A stretch of DNA of 64,000 nucleotides from the NCBI GenBank assembly GCA_035526025.1, contig DATLDE010000002.1, positions 2,340 to 66,339 on the forward strand, read 5' to 3'. This document shows, in pieces, positions 10,024 to 20,742 of this stretch. Under the pieces are notes generated by a model. It did not search any database and was not told the origin of the DNA. It was given only the letters and a program-made list of their open reading frames with translations. Positions within the stretch are counted from its first letter, which is position 1, and each line of letters opens with the position of its first letter. The DNA comes from Candidatus Limnocylindrales bacterium (GTDB lineage: Bacteria; Patescibacteriota; Microgenomatia; Levybacterales; UBA12049). The translations under genes were made by a program, and so were the position numbers.

Positions 10024-11073
10024 TTATTTACTATCTAATCTTAGCATCTCCAAATTTCTGAGATCATGTTTGCCTACAAATTCTTCATGTGTTGTTGTTG
10101 CAATTGTTTGATACAGATTCATCAAATTCAATACATGTGTTATGTTGCCACTATCCAATTCTGAAAAAACATCATCAAGTAAAAGTAACGGCTCATTTGC
10201 TGTCCTCTCTTTTATGATAGCAATTTGAGCGAGTTTCAACTCAAGTGACACGAGCCTTTGTTGTCCACGCGAACCAAAGTATCTAACTTCCTCTTTTGTT
10301 TTCGAAAGCTTATTAAGAGACTTTATCATTACATCATCTCTATGAGGTCCGACCAATGTCACACCAGCACCCACTTCAGCATTTTTATATTGCAAAAGTC
10401 TTTCTTCTGAGATTACACTTTGATCATATATCATATCAAAATCAAAAATTTCTTTAGTTCTGTTATTAATATACTCAATTAATTTTGCTCTTTTACCCGA
10501 AATGCTTTGCCCATTTTTTATTAGCAAGTCATCCCAATAAGCAAAAAGCTTATCATCCCGTGCACCTGTTTCCTGAGCTTGTTCTAAAAGTGCATTTCTT
10601 TGCCTAAGAGCTTTCCCATACAAAATAAGTGCCTGGTGATATTCAGGATCCACCTGAGTGAGTACTTCGTCAAGAAACTTGCGCCTTACCCCAGGCTGCC
10701 CTGCAACTAGATCCAGATCTACTGGAGTAAATAAAACTACAGGCATTTTTGTCGCAAAATCAGATCGTTTTTTGGAAACACCATTTATCATATATTTCTT
10801 CTGAAGAAATCCGGTTGAGGTTTCTGAAAAAATTATTTCCAGCTCATCCTCTACAACTCCTTTAACATTACATACTTTTTGACCAATTCTCAAAATTTGC
10901 TTATCCTTATCCGTACGAAAGCTTTTTCCTGTTGAAAGCATATAAATTGCTTCAATGATATTTGTCTTTCCAACAGCGTTGGGTCCGATGATAATTGTGA
11001 TATTTTTATTAAAATTAAAACCTGATTTAGTATAGCTTCTGAAGTTCCGAAGATTAAGGCTTTTTAAAACCAT
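10024..11073 (-). CDS. recF: DNA replication/repair protein RecF
   Basis: NFRSY, GPNAVGKTN, GPHRDD, GSRGQQR, LLLDDVFSELD. Confidence 0.95.
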   Translation of the reverse strand: MVLKSLNLRNFRSYTKSGFNFNKNITIIIGPNAVGKTNIIEAIYMLSTGKSFRTDKDKQILRIGQKVCNVKGVVEDELEIIFSETSTGFLQKKYMINGVSKKRSDFATKMPVVLFTPVDLDLVAGQPGVRRKFLDEVLTQVDPEYHQALILYGKALRQRNALLEQAQETGARDDKLFAYWDDLLIKNGQSISGKRAKLIEYINNRTKEIFDFDMIYDQSVISEERLLQYKNAEVGAGVTLVGPHRDDVMIKSLNKLSKTKEEVRYFGSRGQQRLVSLELKLAQIAIIKERTANEPLLLLDDVFSELDSGNITHVLNLMNLYQTIATTTHEEFVGKHDLRNLEMLRLDSK

Positions 11074-11783
11074 TATTCGATAGTAGTTCCGACAAAGTCT
11101 TCTCCTTTAAAATATTTCTCTATGTTTCCAAAATCCTGACCAGACAGTATAACTACTTTTACTCCAAGTTCCTCTGCCTTCTTTGCAGCAATTGGATCAA
11201 ATGGTGCATTCATTCCAGGTGTCCATACATCTCCTACAATTTTACGAAAATCTGCCCAATTGATATTTTTTATTGGTTTGGCATCAGTAAATTTATTTGG
11301 ATCCTGATCAAAAACTTGCTTTATATTACTTAAATTAATCACTGTATCTACGCCATAATCCTGCCCAATTAACACAGCACAGTAATCAGTTGACCATCCC
11401 GGCTTCCAGCCCGCACCCACAATTACAGGTTCTTCAGCTTTTCTGATGATATCAAAGTTCTTAATAATATGAGGATGAGCAATGTCACGAAAAATTGTGC
11501 GGACAAGATGGGCGTTCAAACGACTCGAGTGGATCCCAAGCCAGTCAAGATCATCACGCGATAATCTGTGTTCTATTACTTCCTGACCGGCATCAATATA
11601 TTGTCTTGCTGTTGCACCGCCCCCAGTAACCAAAAAAAACTGGCGATTGGGATCTTCTGCCAGCTTCTCTCTTATAAAGTTGTTGAGGTTCTTGAGAAAT
11701 TCAATTCCTATCCCGGCACTTGGGACGATGAGGGATCCTCCAACTGAAATAATTATTCGCTTACGACCATGCTTGTTACCCAT
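11073..11783 (-). CDS. pyrH: UMP kinase, archaeal type
   Basis: ISVGGS, VTGGGATAR, PGWSTD, PFDPIAA, GTTI. Confidence 0.92.
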   Translation of the reverse strand: MGNKHGRKRIIISVGGSLIVPSAGIGIEFLKNLNNFIREKLAEDPNRQFFLVTGGGATARQYIDAGQEVIEHRLSRDDLDWLGIHSSRLNAHLVRTIFRDIAHPHIIKNFDIIRKAEEPVIVGAGWKPGWSTDYCAVLIGQDYGVDTVINLSNIKQVFDQDPNKFTDAKPIKNINWADFRKIVGDVWTPGMNAPFDPIAAKKAEELGVKVVILSGQDFGNIEKYFKGEDFVGTTIE

Positions 11784-11875
11784 AAATTTAGCTTTCTAAA
11801 TACTTTCTCTAACTATGAATGATACCAAAAAGCAGCCTGAAAAACAAATACCTATTTCCGAAATTTTGGCCTGTA

Positions 11876-12721
11876 CTAGAGTTGGCAGACGGGACAGAAG
11901 AATGTACCACGGCCTCCCAAGTAATACTTCTCTATTTTTGTTGTTTTGCAGCGCTGGCATAATTTACCTTTCTGCGCATAGACCCGAAAATGATTTTGAT
12001 ATCCTCCATCTTTTCCTTCAGCTGTTACAAATTGCAATTCCGATGCTCCTCCATATTTTATGCCTTCCTTAAGCACTGCTATGATATTGTCATAAAGTTC
12101 TTTTTGATCACTGGAATCTAAACTATTTGCAGATTTTTTTGGATCTATCTTACTCATCCAAAGAGAATCATTGGCATATATATTTCCAATTCCTCCAATT
12201 CTCGCCTGGTCCATAAGAACAACTTTAATTGCAGTTTTGGATTTGCTAAGAATTTCTCTGAACTTTTCCAGATCAAGATCTTTAAATGGCTCAGGCCCTA
12301 GCTTGCCAACAAATTCTGAAGTCTCAACATCTTTTGTGTCAAATATTTTAATCCACCCGAATTGCCTAAGGTCGTTATAGTAGAGAATTCCTCCACGGTC
12401 TAATTTAAAAACAACACGAGTATGAGGTCCAGGGACACTTCCGACTTTTTTGGATAGCTCAACTTTTTCTTTTAAATTCGGTCCACGGTAAATCAACTGT
12501 CCGGTTAATTTAACATGAGTAATAATTGATTTTCCATTTGATAGGTCAAAAACCAAGACTTTAGCAAACCGGCGGACATCTTTTATCTTAGCTCCAATTA
12601 TTTGCTTTTTATCATCACGGAAAATCCGTGTAGATTTTATCTCAATATCTAGGATCTTATGTCCCACCAGATATTTATATAGTCCTATTTTTAAAGTTTC
12701 GACTTCAGGTAGCTCCGGCAT
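11876..12721 (-). CDS. mutM: Formamidopyrimidine-DNA glycosylase
   Basis: MPELPEVE, GIGNIYA, C-terminal Zn finger CQRC..RGTFFCPVCQ. Confidence 0.96.
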   Translation of the reverse strand: MPELPEVETLKIGLYKYLVGHKILDIEIKSTRIFRDDKKQIIGAKIKDVRRFAKVLVFDLSNGKSIITHVKLTGQLIYRGPNLKEKVELSKKVGSVPGPHTRVVFKLDRGGILYYNDLRQFGWIKIFDTKDVETSEFVGKLGPEPFKDLDLEKFREILSKSKTAIKVVLMDQARIGGIGNIYANDSLWMSKIDPKKSANSLDSSDQKELYDNIIAVLKEGIKYGGASELQFVTAEGKDGGYQNHFRVYAQKGKLCQRCKTTKIEKYYLGGRGTFFCPVCQL

Positions 12722-12728
12722 AGAAGAA

Positions 12729-13136
12729 TTATAACAGACCTTCCTTGATTTGTTTTATCAAAGGGCGTGGTAAAGGAAGACTATTCAAATCCGATTTAAA
12801 AAACCATTTCAGCTCTATCAGGTCATCTCCTGCTATGACTTCCAAACTTTTTGCTCTCATATTATATACCAAAAATACATAATGAGTCTTTTCCCCATGC
12901 TTGTCCGGTTCAAAATCCTCATCAAACACAATTCTTTCCAACTTATAAACTTCCAAACCTGTTTCTTCTTTTACTTCTCTAAGTATTGCTTCATCAATTG
13001 TTTCCTCCCCCAAATTTACCCCTCCTCCTGGTAAATGCCAAGTATCAGGATAAGGACCTACACCAGGTTTTTTACGTCCCAGCAAAATCTTCCCATCCTT
13101 TTCAATTACAGCTGCGACAATAACTCTAGACTTCAT
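12729..13136 (-). CDS. NUDIX hydrolase
   Basis: Nudix box PGGGVNLGEETIDEAILREVKEETGL. Confidence 0.9.
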   Translation of the reverse strand: MKSRVIVAAVIEKDGKILLGRKKPGVGPYPDTWHLPGGGVNLGEETIDEAILREVKEETGLEVYKLERIVFDEDFEPDKHGEKTHYVFLVYNMRAKSLEVIAGDDLIELKWFFKSDLNSLPLPRPLIKQIKEGLL

Positions 13137-13145
13137 AAGATTATT

Positions 13146-13436
13146 TCAATTTATATTTGGAAATCTAATTAATTCAACATTATTATAATAACCAATAAGA
13201 CTAATAATAAAATAGACAGTGAATGCTAGAGCAAATCCGATAATTGACCATTTTAACTTTCTCTTTGCTACGTGCAATTTAGATTTATCTCCACCTGCTA
13301 AAAACCATTGGATGCCAGCAACAACAATAAAGATCAACGGTAAAATAATAGAAACAACCACAACAAGCGAGATACTGTCACGGATTAACCCCACATGCGT
13401 AGGCATACCTCCATCAGACATAGAAATATAATTCAT
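13146..13436 (-). CDS. Small two-TM protein, VirB2/TrbC pilin-like
   Basis: FIVVAGIQWFLAGGDKSKLHVAKRKLKWSIIG pattern, like CPR pilin-like proteins. Confidence 0.6.
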   Translation of the reverse strand: MNYISMSDGGMPTHVGLIRDSISLVVVVSIILPLIFIVVAGIQWFLAGGDKSKLHVAKRKLKWSIIGFALAFTVYFIISLIGYYNNVELIRFPNIN

Positions 13437-14545
13437 ATTTTTATTTTGGATTTAACAAACTCTTGTATATTTTTTTTAAACCGTTCTTTTGAGAATTTTT
13501 TTGCTTGCTTTATACACTCGTCGGGACTTATTTTCATCTTTTCAAACTTTTTGATTACATCGTTCAATTTCTCTGGAGTATTTTCATCAAAAAATAACCC
13601 TGTTTTTCCGTCTACGACGGTCTCTTTAACCCCTCCACTTTTATATGCTAGAACAGGTGTCCCCATACCCATCGCCTCAACTGGTGTGATCCCAAAATCC
13701 TCGTCATGTGATGTAAACATAAAAGCTTTTGCATTTCTCATTAATTCCAGTTTCTCAGAATCTGACACTTCTCCAACAAACTCAATGTTTTTATTAGCTA
13801 TCTCCTTTAGCTCTTCCTCATATCCTGCAAAACCCTTTCCAAAAATCTTAAGAGTCAAACCGTTGCTGTTAAACGCCTTTACGATAACATCAATTCCTTT
13901 AGCTCTCGCCAATCTTCCACCAGTTAAATAATAATTTTTATCCTCATGATTGCTGATTGCTGATTGCTGATTGCTGATATCAACAGGTGGATATATTACT
14001 GTTGCGTCACGTCTATAAAACTTTTTAATTCTTGCTGCGACTTCATCAGAATTTGCTATAAAGTAATCTACATTTTTACTGGAATTAAAATCAGTCATTC
14101 TCAGAAAGTGATTTGCTACTTGGGCAACTGCTGCAATGATTTTGTGCTTCTTCCAGTCCCTAGCTGTCGCATACCCATACAGATAACGAGGCGGGGTGTG
14201 GGTATAGCAAATCTGTAGCGCAGACTTCTTTTTGATCAAATTGGGAAAGTATGCACCGGTTTGGGAGACGATAACAACGTCATAACTGGATAAATCCAAT
14301 GATGAAAAAGCTATGGTCGATAGAAGTCTAAGTGGGGAAATAAGCTTATGACGGAAAGGAATGCTATTGAGAAAAGTTGTTTTGATGTTATATTTTTCAA
14401 ATCGGGCTTTGTGTGGCCCCAAAAATTCAGGCGCATAAAGTGACGTAAAAACATCAGCATCAGGATAAATCTCCAAAAGCGTTTCCAGAACTCTCTCTGC
14501 GCCTCCATATTCTTTTATATAATCATGCACTATCGCTACTTTCAT
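13433..14545 (-). CDS. Glycosyltransferase family 4
   Basis: KVAIVHDY..GGAERV, EDFGITPVEAM..GTPV. Confidence 0.93.
   Translation of the reverse strand: MKVAIVHDYIKEYGGAERVLETLLEIYPDADVFTSLYAPEFLGPHKARFEKYNIKTTFLNSIPFRHKLISPLRLLSTIAFSSLDLSSYDVVIVSQTGAYFPNLIKKKSALQICYTHTPPRYLYGYATARDWKKHKIIAAVAQVANHFLRMTDFNSSKNVDYFIANSDEVAARIKKFYRRDATVIYPPVDISNQQSAISNHEDKNYYLTGGRLARAKGIDVIVKAFNSNGLTLKIFGKGFAGYEEELKEIANKNIEFVGEVSDSEKLELMRNAKAFMFTSHDEDFGITPVEAMGMGTPVLAYKSGGVKETVVDGKTGLFFDENTPEKLNDVIKKFEKMKISPDECIKQAKKFSKERFKKNIQEFVKSKIKI
13947..13980. repeat. Perfect (TGATTGC)x4 heptamer array inside the GT4 gene
   Basis: Read directly; encodes ISNQQSAISN. Confidence 0.9.
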
Positions 14546-15195
14546 ACTTTTATTTCAGCAAGGCTTGAGAACACACTATCTGCTCCTGCTTTTTTTAATT
14601 CTTCCTGAATTGATTGATCAGAATTCACTGCGTAAACCGTCATTCCTGCCGCTTTTCCAGCTAAAACACCACTTGGCGCATCTTCAAAAACTAAGCACTC
14701 AGCAGGATTAACCCTAAGGCGTTTTGCTGCTTCCAGAAAAACATCAGGTTCTGGCTTCCCTTTTTTAACTTCATCGCTGGATACAATAATTATGAAAAAG
14801 TCTAAGATTTGTAATTTTCTTAATATCTCAACTAATTTCTCTTTAGGGTATCCACCTGTTGCTATTGCAAGCTTTAGGCCTTTTTTGTGCATAGACTCAA
14901 CTATTTTAGCAGCTCCCGTCATTAACGAAACATTTGGCAATAAAATTTTATAGAGAATACTTCTCCTTTCGGCAACTAACTCATCGGTGTCCCCGACAAG
15001 TCCCGCTTCGCGTTTATAAACTTCAATTGCTTCTCGTGCGCCCCGCCCATGAGCTTTCCTTTTATACTCTATTGAGAACTTCTTTTTCTGTTTTTTAAAT
15101 AGCAGAGCAATTGACTCAGTCCAGTATGGCTCAGAATCAATCAGCAAGCCATCCAAATCAAAGATAACCGCTTTAATATTTTTAGGAATCTTCAT
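14542..15195 (-). CDS. HAD-family phosphatase (beta-phosphoglucomutase-like)
   Basis: FDLDGLLIDSE, KPEPDVF, VFEDAPSGV; start moved to MKIPKN at 15195. Confidence 0.9.
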   Translation of the reverse strand: MKIPKNIKAVIFDLDGLLIDSEPYWTESIALLFKKQKKKFSIEYKRKAHGRGAREAIEVYKREAGLVGDTDELVAERRSILYKILLPNVSLMTGAAKIVESMHKKGLKLAIATGGYPKEKLVEILRKLQILDFFIIIVSSDEVKKGKPEPDVFLEAAKRLRVNPAECLVFEDAPSGVLAGKAAGMTVYAVNSDQSIQEELKKAGADSVFSSLAEIKV

Positions 15196-15273
15196 CACCT
15201 GATTATAGCTTTTTAAAAAAAATTTATCGAGTCTAGCCCTTGACAGGAGCAGATCCTCTGCTAAAATTTCCTT

Positions 15274-15708
15274 ATGGCACTTTCCAATAATGAACCATGT
15301 TCTCATTGTGGTCGCTTCGCAAACCGCGGGGTCACCATCGATGCAATTATCATAAAAGATGACCAAGTACTACTTATTAAAAGAGGGGTTGAACCATTTA
15401 TGGGATATTGGGGATTACCTGGTGGTTATGTAGGTTGGGATGAAAATATTGCAGATGCTGTCAAACGGGAAGTAAAGGAAGAACTAGGTGTTTCTGCAAT
15501 ATCAGTAAAGGAGCTCGGAATATATAGTGACCCTTCAAGACATCCTAGGCAGTGTATTAATGTTCCTCATTACGTGGAAATTGAAGGCGAGCCAAAAGCT
15601 GGTGATGACGCACAGGAATTTAAGTATTTTCCATTAAATGAACTCCCAGAAGAAATGGCTTTTGACCACAAACAACTTATCCACGATTATTTAGCTAAAA
15701 AGTCATAA
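15274..15708 (+). CDS. NUDIX hydrolase (ADP-ribose pyrophosphatase-like)
   Basis: LPGGYV..REVKEELG, AGDDA, AFDH. Confidence 0.9.
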   Translation: MALSNNEPCSHCGRFANRGVTIDAIIIKDDQVLLIKRGVEPFMGYWGLPGGYVGWDENIADAVKREVKEELGVSAISVKELGIYSDPSRHPRQCINVPHYVEIEGEPKAGDDAQEFKYFPLNELPEEMAFDHKQLIHDYLAKKS

Positions 15709-15723
15709 TAAGTATATTTAAAA

Positions 15724-16668
15724 TTAAAGCAACTCCAACTGATCGCTTTTTTTCTTCTCCACCTTTGTCTCTTCTGGCTCTTTTGTCTCCTTTGTCTCAA
15801 TTCCGAAAATTGTATCGAGCCTTTTTGTCAGTGTGTTGAATCCCTGATCCAGAAATGCAACGCGTAGAGACGAAATATTAAAATCCGAACTCAGACATTT
15901 TTTAACATCAAATTGAATTGGTGCATCAGTCACAATTGTTGCGAGTTTTTTGGCAAGAGCCGCTTGTTCTGCGTCCGTTGCAAGTTTCAAAGCTATTTTT
16001 TCAGGAAGATTGGGAATGTTCTCATAAAGATTTTCAAATGTACCATATTGCTTAAGCAAATTTGCTGCACCTTTTGGACCAATCCCTGTCACTCCTGGGT
16101 ATCCATCAGATGCATCCCCAATCAAAGCTTTATAGTCAATAAATTGAGATGTTTTTACTCCGTATTTTTCCTCAACCGCTTTTTCATCAAAAAGTACTGT
16201 TTTTGTAATGCCAATAAGTGGCATAAGTACTTTTACTTTTCCATTTACCAGCTGGAGCATATCCCGATCTCCTGTAACAATTACAACTTCCATATTTTTT
16301 GTCAGCACAGCTTTTGTTGAGAGTGTACCAATAAGATCATCTGCCTCAAATCCCTCAAGTTCAAAAATCCCCACCTTCATCTTGTCCAGTAGTTCATGAA
16401 CCAGGACTATTTGTGGTACAAAATCCTCAGGCAATTCAACTCTATTGGCGTGATATCCGACAAATAAAGCCTTTCTGAAAGTGGGTGCTGCCATATCAAA
16501 ACAAACCGCGAGATACTCAGGCTTCTGCTCAGTAATGATTGAAAAAAGCATTGAGAAAAATCCATATACAGCATTTATGACCATGCCTTTGTTGTTGGTA
16601 AGAGGAGGATATGCATGATAAGCCCTGTGAAGAATAGCATTCCCATCAATAATTATTAGTTTCGACAC
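15724..16668 (-). CDS. Stand-alone 5'-3' exonuclease/flap endonuclease (PolA N-terminal domain)
   Basis: IIDGNAILHRAYHA, EADDLIG, TGDRD, GDASD..PGVTGIGPKGA; no polymerase domain. Confidence 0.92.
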   Translation of the reverse strand: MSKLIIIDGNAILHRAYHAYPPLTNNKGMVINAVYGFFSMLFSIITEQKPEYLAVCFDMAAPTFRKALFVGYHANRVELPEDFVPQIVLVHELLDKMKVGIFELEGFEADDLIGTLSTKAVLTKNMEVVIVTGDRDMLQLVNGKVKVLMPLIGITKTVLFDEKAVEEKYGVKTSQFIDYKALIGDASDGYPGVTGIGPKGAANLLKQYGTFENLYENIPNLPEKIALKLATDAEQAALAKKLATIVTDAPIQFDVKKCLSSDFNISSLRVAFLDQGFNTLTKRLDTIFGIETKETKEPEETKVEKKKSDQLELL

Positions 16669-16689
16669 TTAGTAATTATACCACGAAGG

Positions 16690-17418
16690 CTAATCTGCTT
16701 TGGAAGGTGGAGAAAGTTTTCGGTAAACAAACGCTCCTGCTAGAGACACAACCGGCATTGCTACCAATAAACCGACAATTAAGGCTAATGCTCCAGCAAT
16801 AATTAAAAGTCCGAACAGCAACTCTAGAAAGATAATATTCCCAACATGACCTTTGGTTACCCGCCAGCTATTAATAAGCGATTCAACTATGCCCGATTTC
16901 TTATCTACAATAAAATAAGGATAAAAACTAAGTCTTGTTATAAGATATATAGAAACGAAACCGGAGATAACTGCAATCAGAAGAGTTATAATAGTATATA
17001 CCGGAAACAGGCTCATTTTTGACATTTGTTCATAGTTAAGAAGCAATAAGGTGACAGGAACAAAAGCTACGATTAATACAATAGAGTACATAAGCGATGC
17101 AAGAAAGTATCGCGTAATTAATTTTACTTTAAAAAGTGAATATAAATCAGAAAACTGAGATTTTTTGCCATCTACAAAGCTTAAATATATTTTAATAGCT
17201 CCAAGATATAGACCTAGAGAAACAATATAAACCACCACATTTACAAGTATTGAGATCATGAATTGATCTTTGAGGTATCCTGAAAGAATATTTGGAATGA
17301 ACTGAATCAGACAGGTTACCAACAACATTCCCAAAAGAAACCAAAAGTTTTTCTTAGTAGCCTCCCAGCCGAAACTGATTGCTTCTTTTTTGGAAAATGA
17401 TTTTGCGGTTATTGCCAT
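16690..17418 (-). CDS. Integral membrane protein (DUF975-like)
   Basis: Multi-TM; PYFIVDKKSGIVESLINSWRVTKG motif. Confidence 0.7.
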   Translation of the reverse strand: MAITAKSFSKKEAISFGWEATKKNFWFLLGMLLVTCLIQFIPNILSGYLKDQFMISILVNVVVYIVSLGLYLGAIKIYLSFVDGKKSQFSDLYSLFKVKLITRYFLASLMYSIVLIVAFVPVTLLLLNYEQMSKMSLFPVYTIITLLIAVISGFVSIYLITRLSFYPYFIVDKKSGIVESLINSWRVTKGHVGNIIFLELLFGLLIIAGALALIVGLLVAMPVVSLAGAFVYRKLSPPSKAD

Positions 17419-17468
17419 TGCTTAAATTCTGGCAGGGAATATGATTGCTGTCAACATGATTGGCTAAT

Positions 17469-19331
17469 TTAGTTCTTAGCGGATGTGGTTGCTGAATTTT
17501 TCTTAGGTCCGATGAGTTTTATAAAATCATCTGATTCAATTGTCTCTTTTTTAAGAAGTTCTGCTGCTAGCACATCTAGTTTTTTACGTAATTTTACAAG
17601 AATTTCATTTGCTTGTTTGTATGCAGTATCTGCAATTTTCTTAACTTCGGCATCTATCTTTGCAGCCATTTCTGGAGATACATCACTTTGCTCATATACT
17701 GATTTTTCTGAGTCATATGTGATGGGCCCAAGTGCACTCATCCCAAATTTGGTTACCATCGCACGCGCAACCTGGGTTGCTTTATTGATATCATCACTTG
17801 CTCCTGTTGTAACATCTTCAAATACAAGACTCTCAGCAGCGCGTCCCCCCATCATTACTGCAATTTGTTCTAGAAGGTGCGCCTTTGTTTCATGGACTCT
17901 ATCAATCGGCTCTGTCATTGTGTGTCCTAGTGACATCCCTCTTGAGACAATAGATATACGATGAATTGGATCAACATGTGGCATTTCCCATGCTACGAGT
18001 GCATGCCCTGCTTCGTGATATGCTGTCATCTTACGATCAAGATCTGACTGGAGACGCTTTTTCTCAGGACCCAACTTCACACGCGTTGCTGATTCTTCTA
18101 AATCTGCCATATCAATTGCTTTCTTACTAAGACGTGCTGCTGCAATTGCTGCTTCATTAAGCATATTTTCAAGATCTGCTCCTGAGAATCCAACAGTTCT
18201 CTTGGCTACTTTTTCCCAATTTACATGTGGATCAAATGGCTTGCCGCTTGCGTGAATTGTGAGGATTTTTTTGCGTCCTTCAACATCTGGAAGATCAAGA
18301 ACTACCCTTCTGTCAAATCTTCCCGGACGGACAAGTGCCGGATCCAAAACATCTGGCCTGTTGGTTGCTGCCATCACAATCACATGCTCATTTGGTGTAA
18401 ATCCATCCATTTCAACAAGAATCTGATTAAGGGTTTGCTCTCTTTCATCATGACCACCCATAAGTCCATTTCCGCGCTGCCTTCCGATTGCATCAACCTC
18501 ATCTATGAAAATAATTGAAGGCTGGGCTTTCTTTGCAGTATTGAAAAGATCACGTACTCTGGATGCACCAACTCCTACAAGCATTTCCATAAATTCAGAA
18601 CCTGCCATAGAGAAAAATGAAACATTCGCCTCACCCGCTGTTGCACGAGCCAAAAGCGTTTTTCCTGTTCCAGCGGGCCCTACCATAAGAACTCCTTTTG
18701 GAGTTCTGGCACCCATTGCTGTATATTTTGTAGGGTTTTTAAGAAAATCAACAATTTCTGTCAATTCCTGCTTTGCTTCATCTACTCCTGCGACATCCTT
18801 AAATGTCACTTTTGGATTATCTCTATTAAATAGCCTTGCGCGGGATTGACCGAATGAAAAGATACTATCCTGAGTACCTCTTGCTTGACGAAATATAAAG
18901 TAAAAGAATGCAATCATAAGAACCACGGGAAGAATTGCTGAGGCAATATTTAACCAGCCTGACAAAGCTGCATCATCTTTAACTGTAATCTTTGTATCAT
19001 TAAGAGGAATACTTGCGTCTTTAAAAATAGAATAGACATTTGAGCCTGGCTCTTTGACTGCTTGTGTTTCTTTACCATTTTTCTCAGTAACTGTAAGCTT
19101 GTCACCATTTACTGTTATTTGACTTACTTCTCCTTTCTTAACCTTAGAAATAACTTCAGAAAGAGGAACCAATTTTTTGTTTTCTGAGGATGTATTAAGC
19201 GCTGAAAATGCAATTAGAGAGAAAAGAACAAGAATGCTGTAAAGGAAAAAGTTCTTCCAGGAGAATTTGGTTTTGATTTTTATCGATCGCTTTTTACCGT
19301 TTGATACGCGTTTTTTACTGCCTGCCGCCAT
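17469..19331 (-). CDS. ftsH: ATP-dependent zinc metalloprotease FtsH
   Basis: Two TM segments, [27 protein letters not shown]. Confidence 0.97.
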   Translation of the reverse strand: MAAGSKKRVSNGKKRSIKIKTKFSWKNFFLYSILVLFSLIAFSALNTSSENKKLVPLSEVISKVKKGEVSQITVNGDKLTVTEKNGKETQAVKEPGSNVYSIFKDASIPLNDTKITVKDDAALSGWLNIASAILPVVLMIAFFYFIFRQARGTQDSIFSFGQSRARLFNRDNPKVTFKDVAGVDEAKQELTEIVDFLKNPTKYTAMGARTPKGVLMVGPAGTGKTLLARATAGEANVSFFSMAGSEFMEMLVGVGASRVRDLFNTAKKAQPSIIFIDEVDAIGRQRGNGLMGGHDEREQTLNQILVEMDGFTPNEHVIVMAATNRPDVLDPALVRPGRFDRRVVLDLPDVEGRKKILTIHASGKPFDPHVNWEKVAKRTVGFSGADLENMLNEAAIAAARLSKKAIDMADLEESATRVKLGPEKKRLQSDLDRKMTAYHEAGHALVAWEMPHVDPIHRISIVSRGMSLGHTMTEPIDRVHETKAHLLEQIAVMMGGRAAESLVFEDVTTGASDDINKATQVARAMVTKFGMSALGPITYDSEKSVYEQSDVSPEMAAKIDAEVKKIADTAYKQANEILVKLRKKLDVLAAELLKKETIESDDFIKLIGPKKNSATTSAKN

Positions 19332-19363
19332 ATATGGAAAAAATTATATCACAAATTATGAGC

Positions 19364-20737
19364 CTATACCAGTGCCAAAACCTCTTTTCGGAATTGCTCC
19401 CCGCGGTCCTTATAATTCTTGAACATTCCAAAACTCGCACACGCTGGAGAAAGCACTACCACATCTCCTGTTGTGGCAATTTTACTAGCCGCAAGAACAA
19501 CAGTCTTCATATCCTTCGCATCCTCAATTAACAATATTCTTGATTCTTGATTCTTGATTCTTGATTCTTCTTTAATCCGATGCCATTCATCCCCAATACC
19601 GATAATTGCCTTGATATTTTTCTTCTCACTTATCACTTTTCCAAGCTCCGTAAAATCACTCTTCTTTCCAGATCCACCCAAAATCAAAATCTCGGGAGTT
19701 GTAAATGCTTCAATTGCAGCTATTGCCGTTTCTGGAGTTGTTGAAAAAGAATCATCATAATACTTAACCCCGTCTATTTCTCTAACTAATTCCAGTCGAT
19801 GCACCAAGCCCTTGAATGACCTTAAAACGTTTACAATCTGCTCTCTATCTACTCCTGCCAAATGGGCTGCAAGAGATGCTGATGCTACATTCTCAAGGTT
19901 GTGTTTTCCGGGAAGAAGTATATCCGCAATATCAATAATTTTCTTTTCATTACCATCTATCTGCATCCAGAGAATGTCATCTCTGATAAAACTTCCATCC
20001 TGCCCTGCACGCTCCCGCGATACGTAAAAAACTTTCCCGTCAGTATAAATATCCGATTCGTTACTTGCTGGATAATCTCTATTTACAATTGCATAATCAT
20101 CTTTTATTTGAAACCTTAAAATATTCCTTTTGGCATCAATGTATTCTGCAAGATCCTTATGCTGATCCATATGCTCGCTCGTTGTCATCAGCATTACAGC
20201 GATATGAGGGGACTTATCAAGATCCTGAAGCTGAAAACTTGATAACTCAAGAACAACAATTGAATCCTTATTAAGTTGATCCAAAAAATCCAATGGGGGC
20301 GTTCCTATATTTCCCCCCAGATACACATCTCGCCCGTCTGCTTTTAACATTTCGTGTATCAAGCTTGCTGTGGTGCCCTTTCCTTTAGTTCCGGTTACAC
20401 CGATTATAGGGCAGGGACAAAGATCAAAAAAAATCTTGGTAAGCGAAGTAATTATCGCTCCACTTTTTTCAGCCTCTAATAACTTTTCATGGTTTCTATA
20501 AAATCCGGGGGTTCTGATAATCACATCAAATTGCGAAAGATCACCCAAGTATTGATCACCAAGAATAAATTCAGCGCCTAAATTCTTTGCGTCTGATAAG
20601 ACATCTTGATCAATTGCTTCTTTTTTCCTTCTATCAAGCACAAAAATATTTGCGCTTTGTTTTTTCAAGAATTTAATACTTGAAATTCCCTCGACTCCCA
20701 GTCCCAATACCGCAACTTTTTTGTTTTTAAAATTCAT
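19364..20737 (-). CDS. murD: UDP-N-acetylmuramoyl-L-alanine--D-glutamate ligase
   Basis: GVTGTKGKGTT, GGNIG, ELSSFQL, HRLE, LSPACASF..YKDRG. Confidence 0.96.
   Translation of the reverse strand: MNFKNKKVAVLGLGVEGISSIKFLKKQSANIFVLDRRKKEAIDQDVLSDAKNLGAEFILGDQYLGDLSQFDVIIRTPGFYRNHEKLLEAEKSGAIITSLTKIFFDLCPCPIIGVTGTKGKGTTASLIHEMLKADGRDVYLGGNIGTPPLDFLDQLNKDSIVVLELSSFQLQDLDKSPHIAVMLMTTSEHMDQHKDLAEYIDAKRNILRFQIKDDYAIVNRDYPASNESDIYTDGKVFYVSRERAGQDGSFIRDDILWMQIDGNEKKIIDIADILLPGKHNLENVASASLAAHLAGVDREQIVNVLRSFKGLVHRLELVREIDGVKYYDDSFSTTPETAIAAIEAFTTPEILILGGSGKKSDFTELGKVISEKKNIKAIIGIGDEWHRIKEESRIKNQESRILLIEDAKDMKTVVLAASKIATTGDVVVLSPACASFGMFKNYKDRGEQFRKEVLALV
19536..19569. repeat. (ATTCTTG) heptamer array, about 5 units, inside murD
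   Basis: Read directly; encodes ESRIKNQESRI. Confidence 0.9.
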
Positions 20738-20742
20738 AATAC

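Noticed and set aside
15196-15366. Long N-terminal extension of the HAD ORF in the track
   Set aside because: It overlaps the divergent NUDIX gene and its promoter; the HAD motif I begins right after the Met at 15195.
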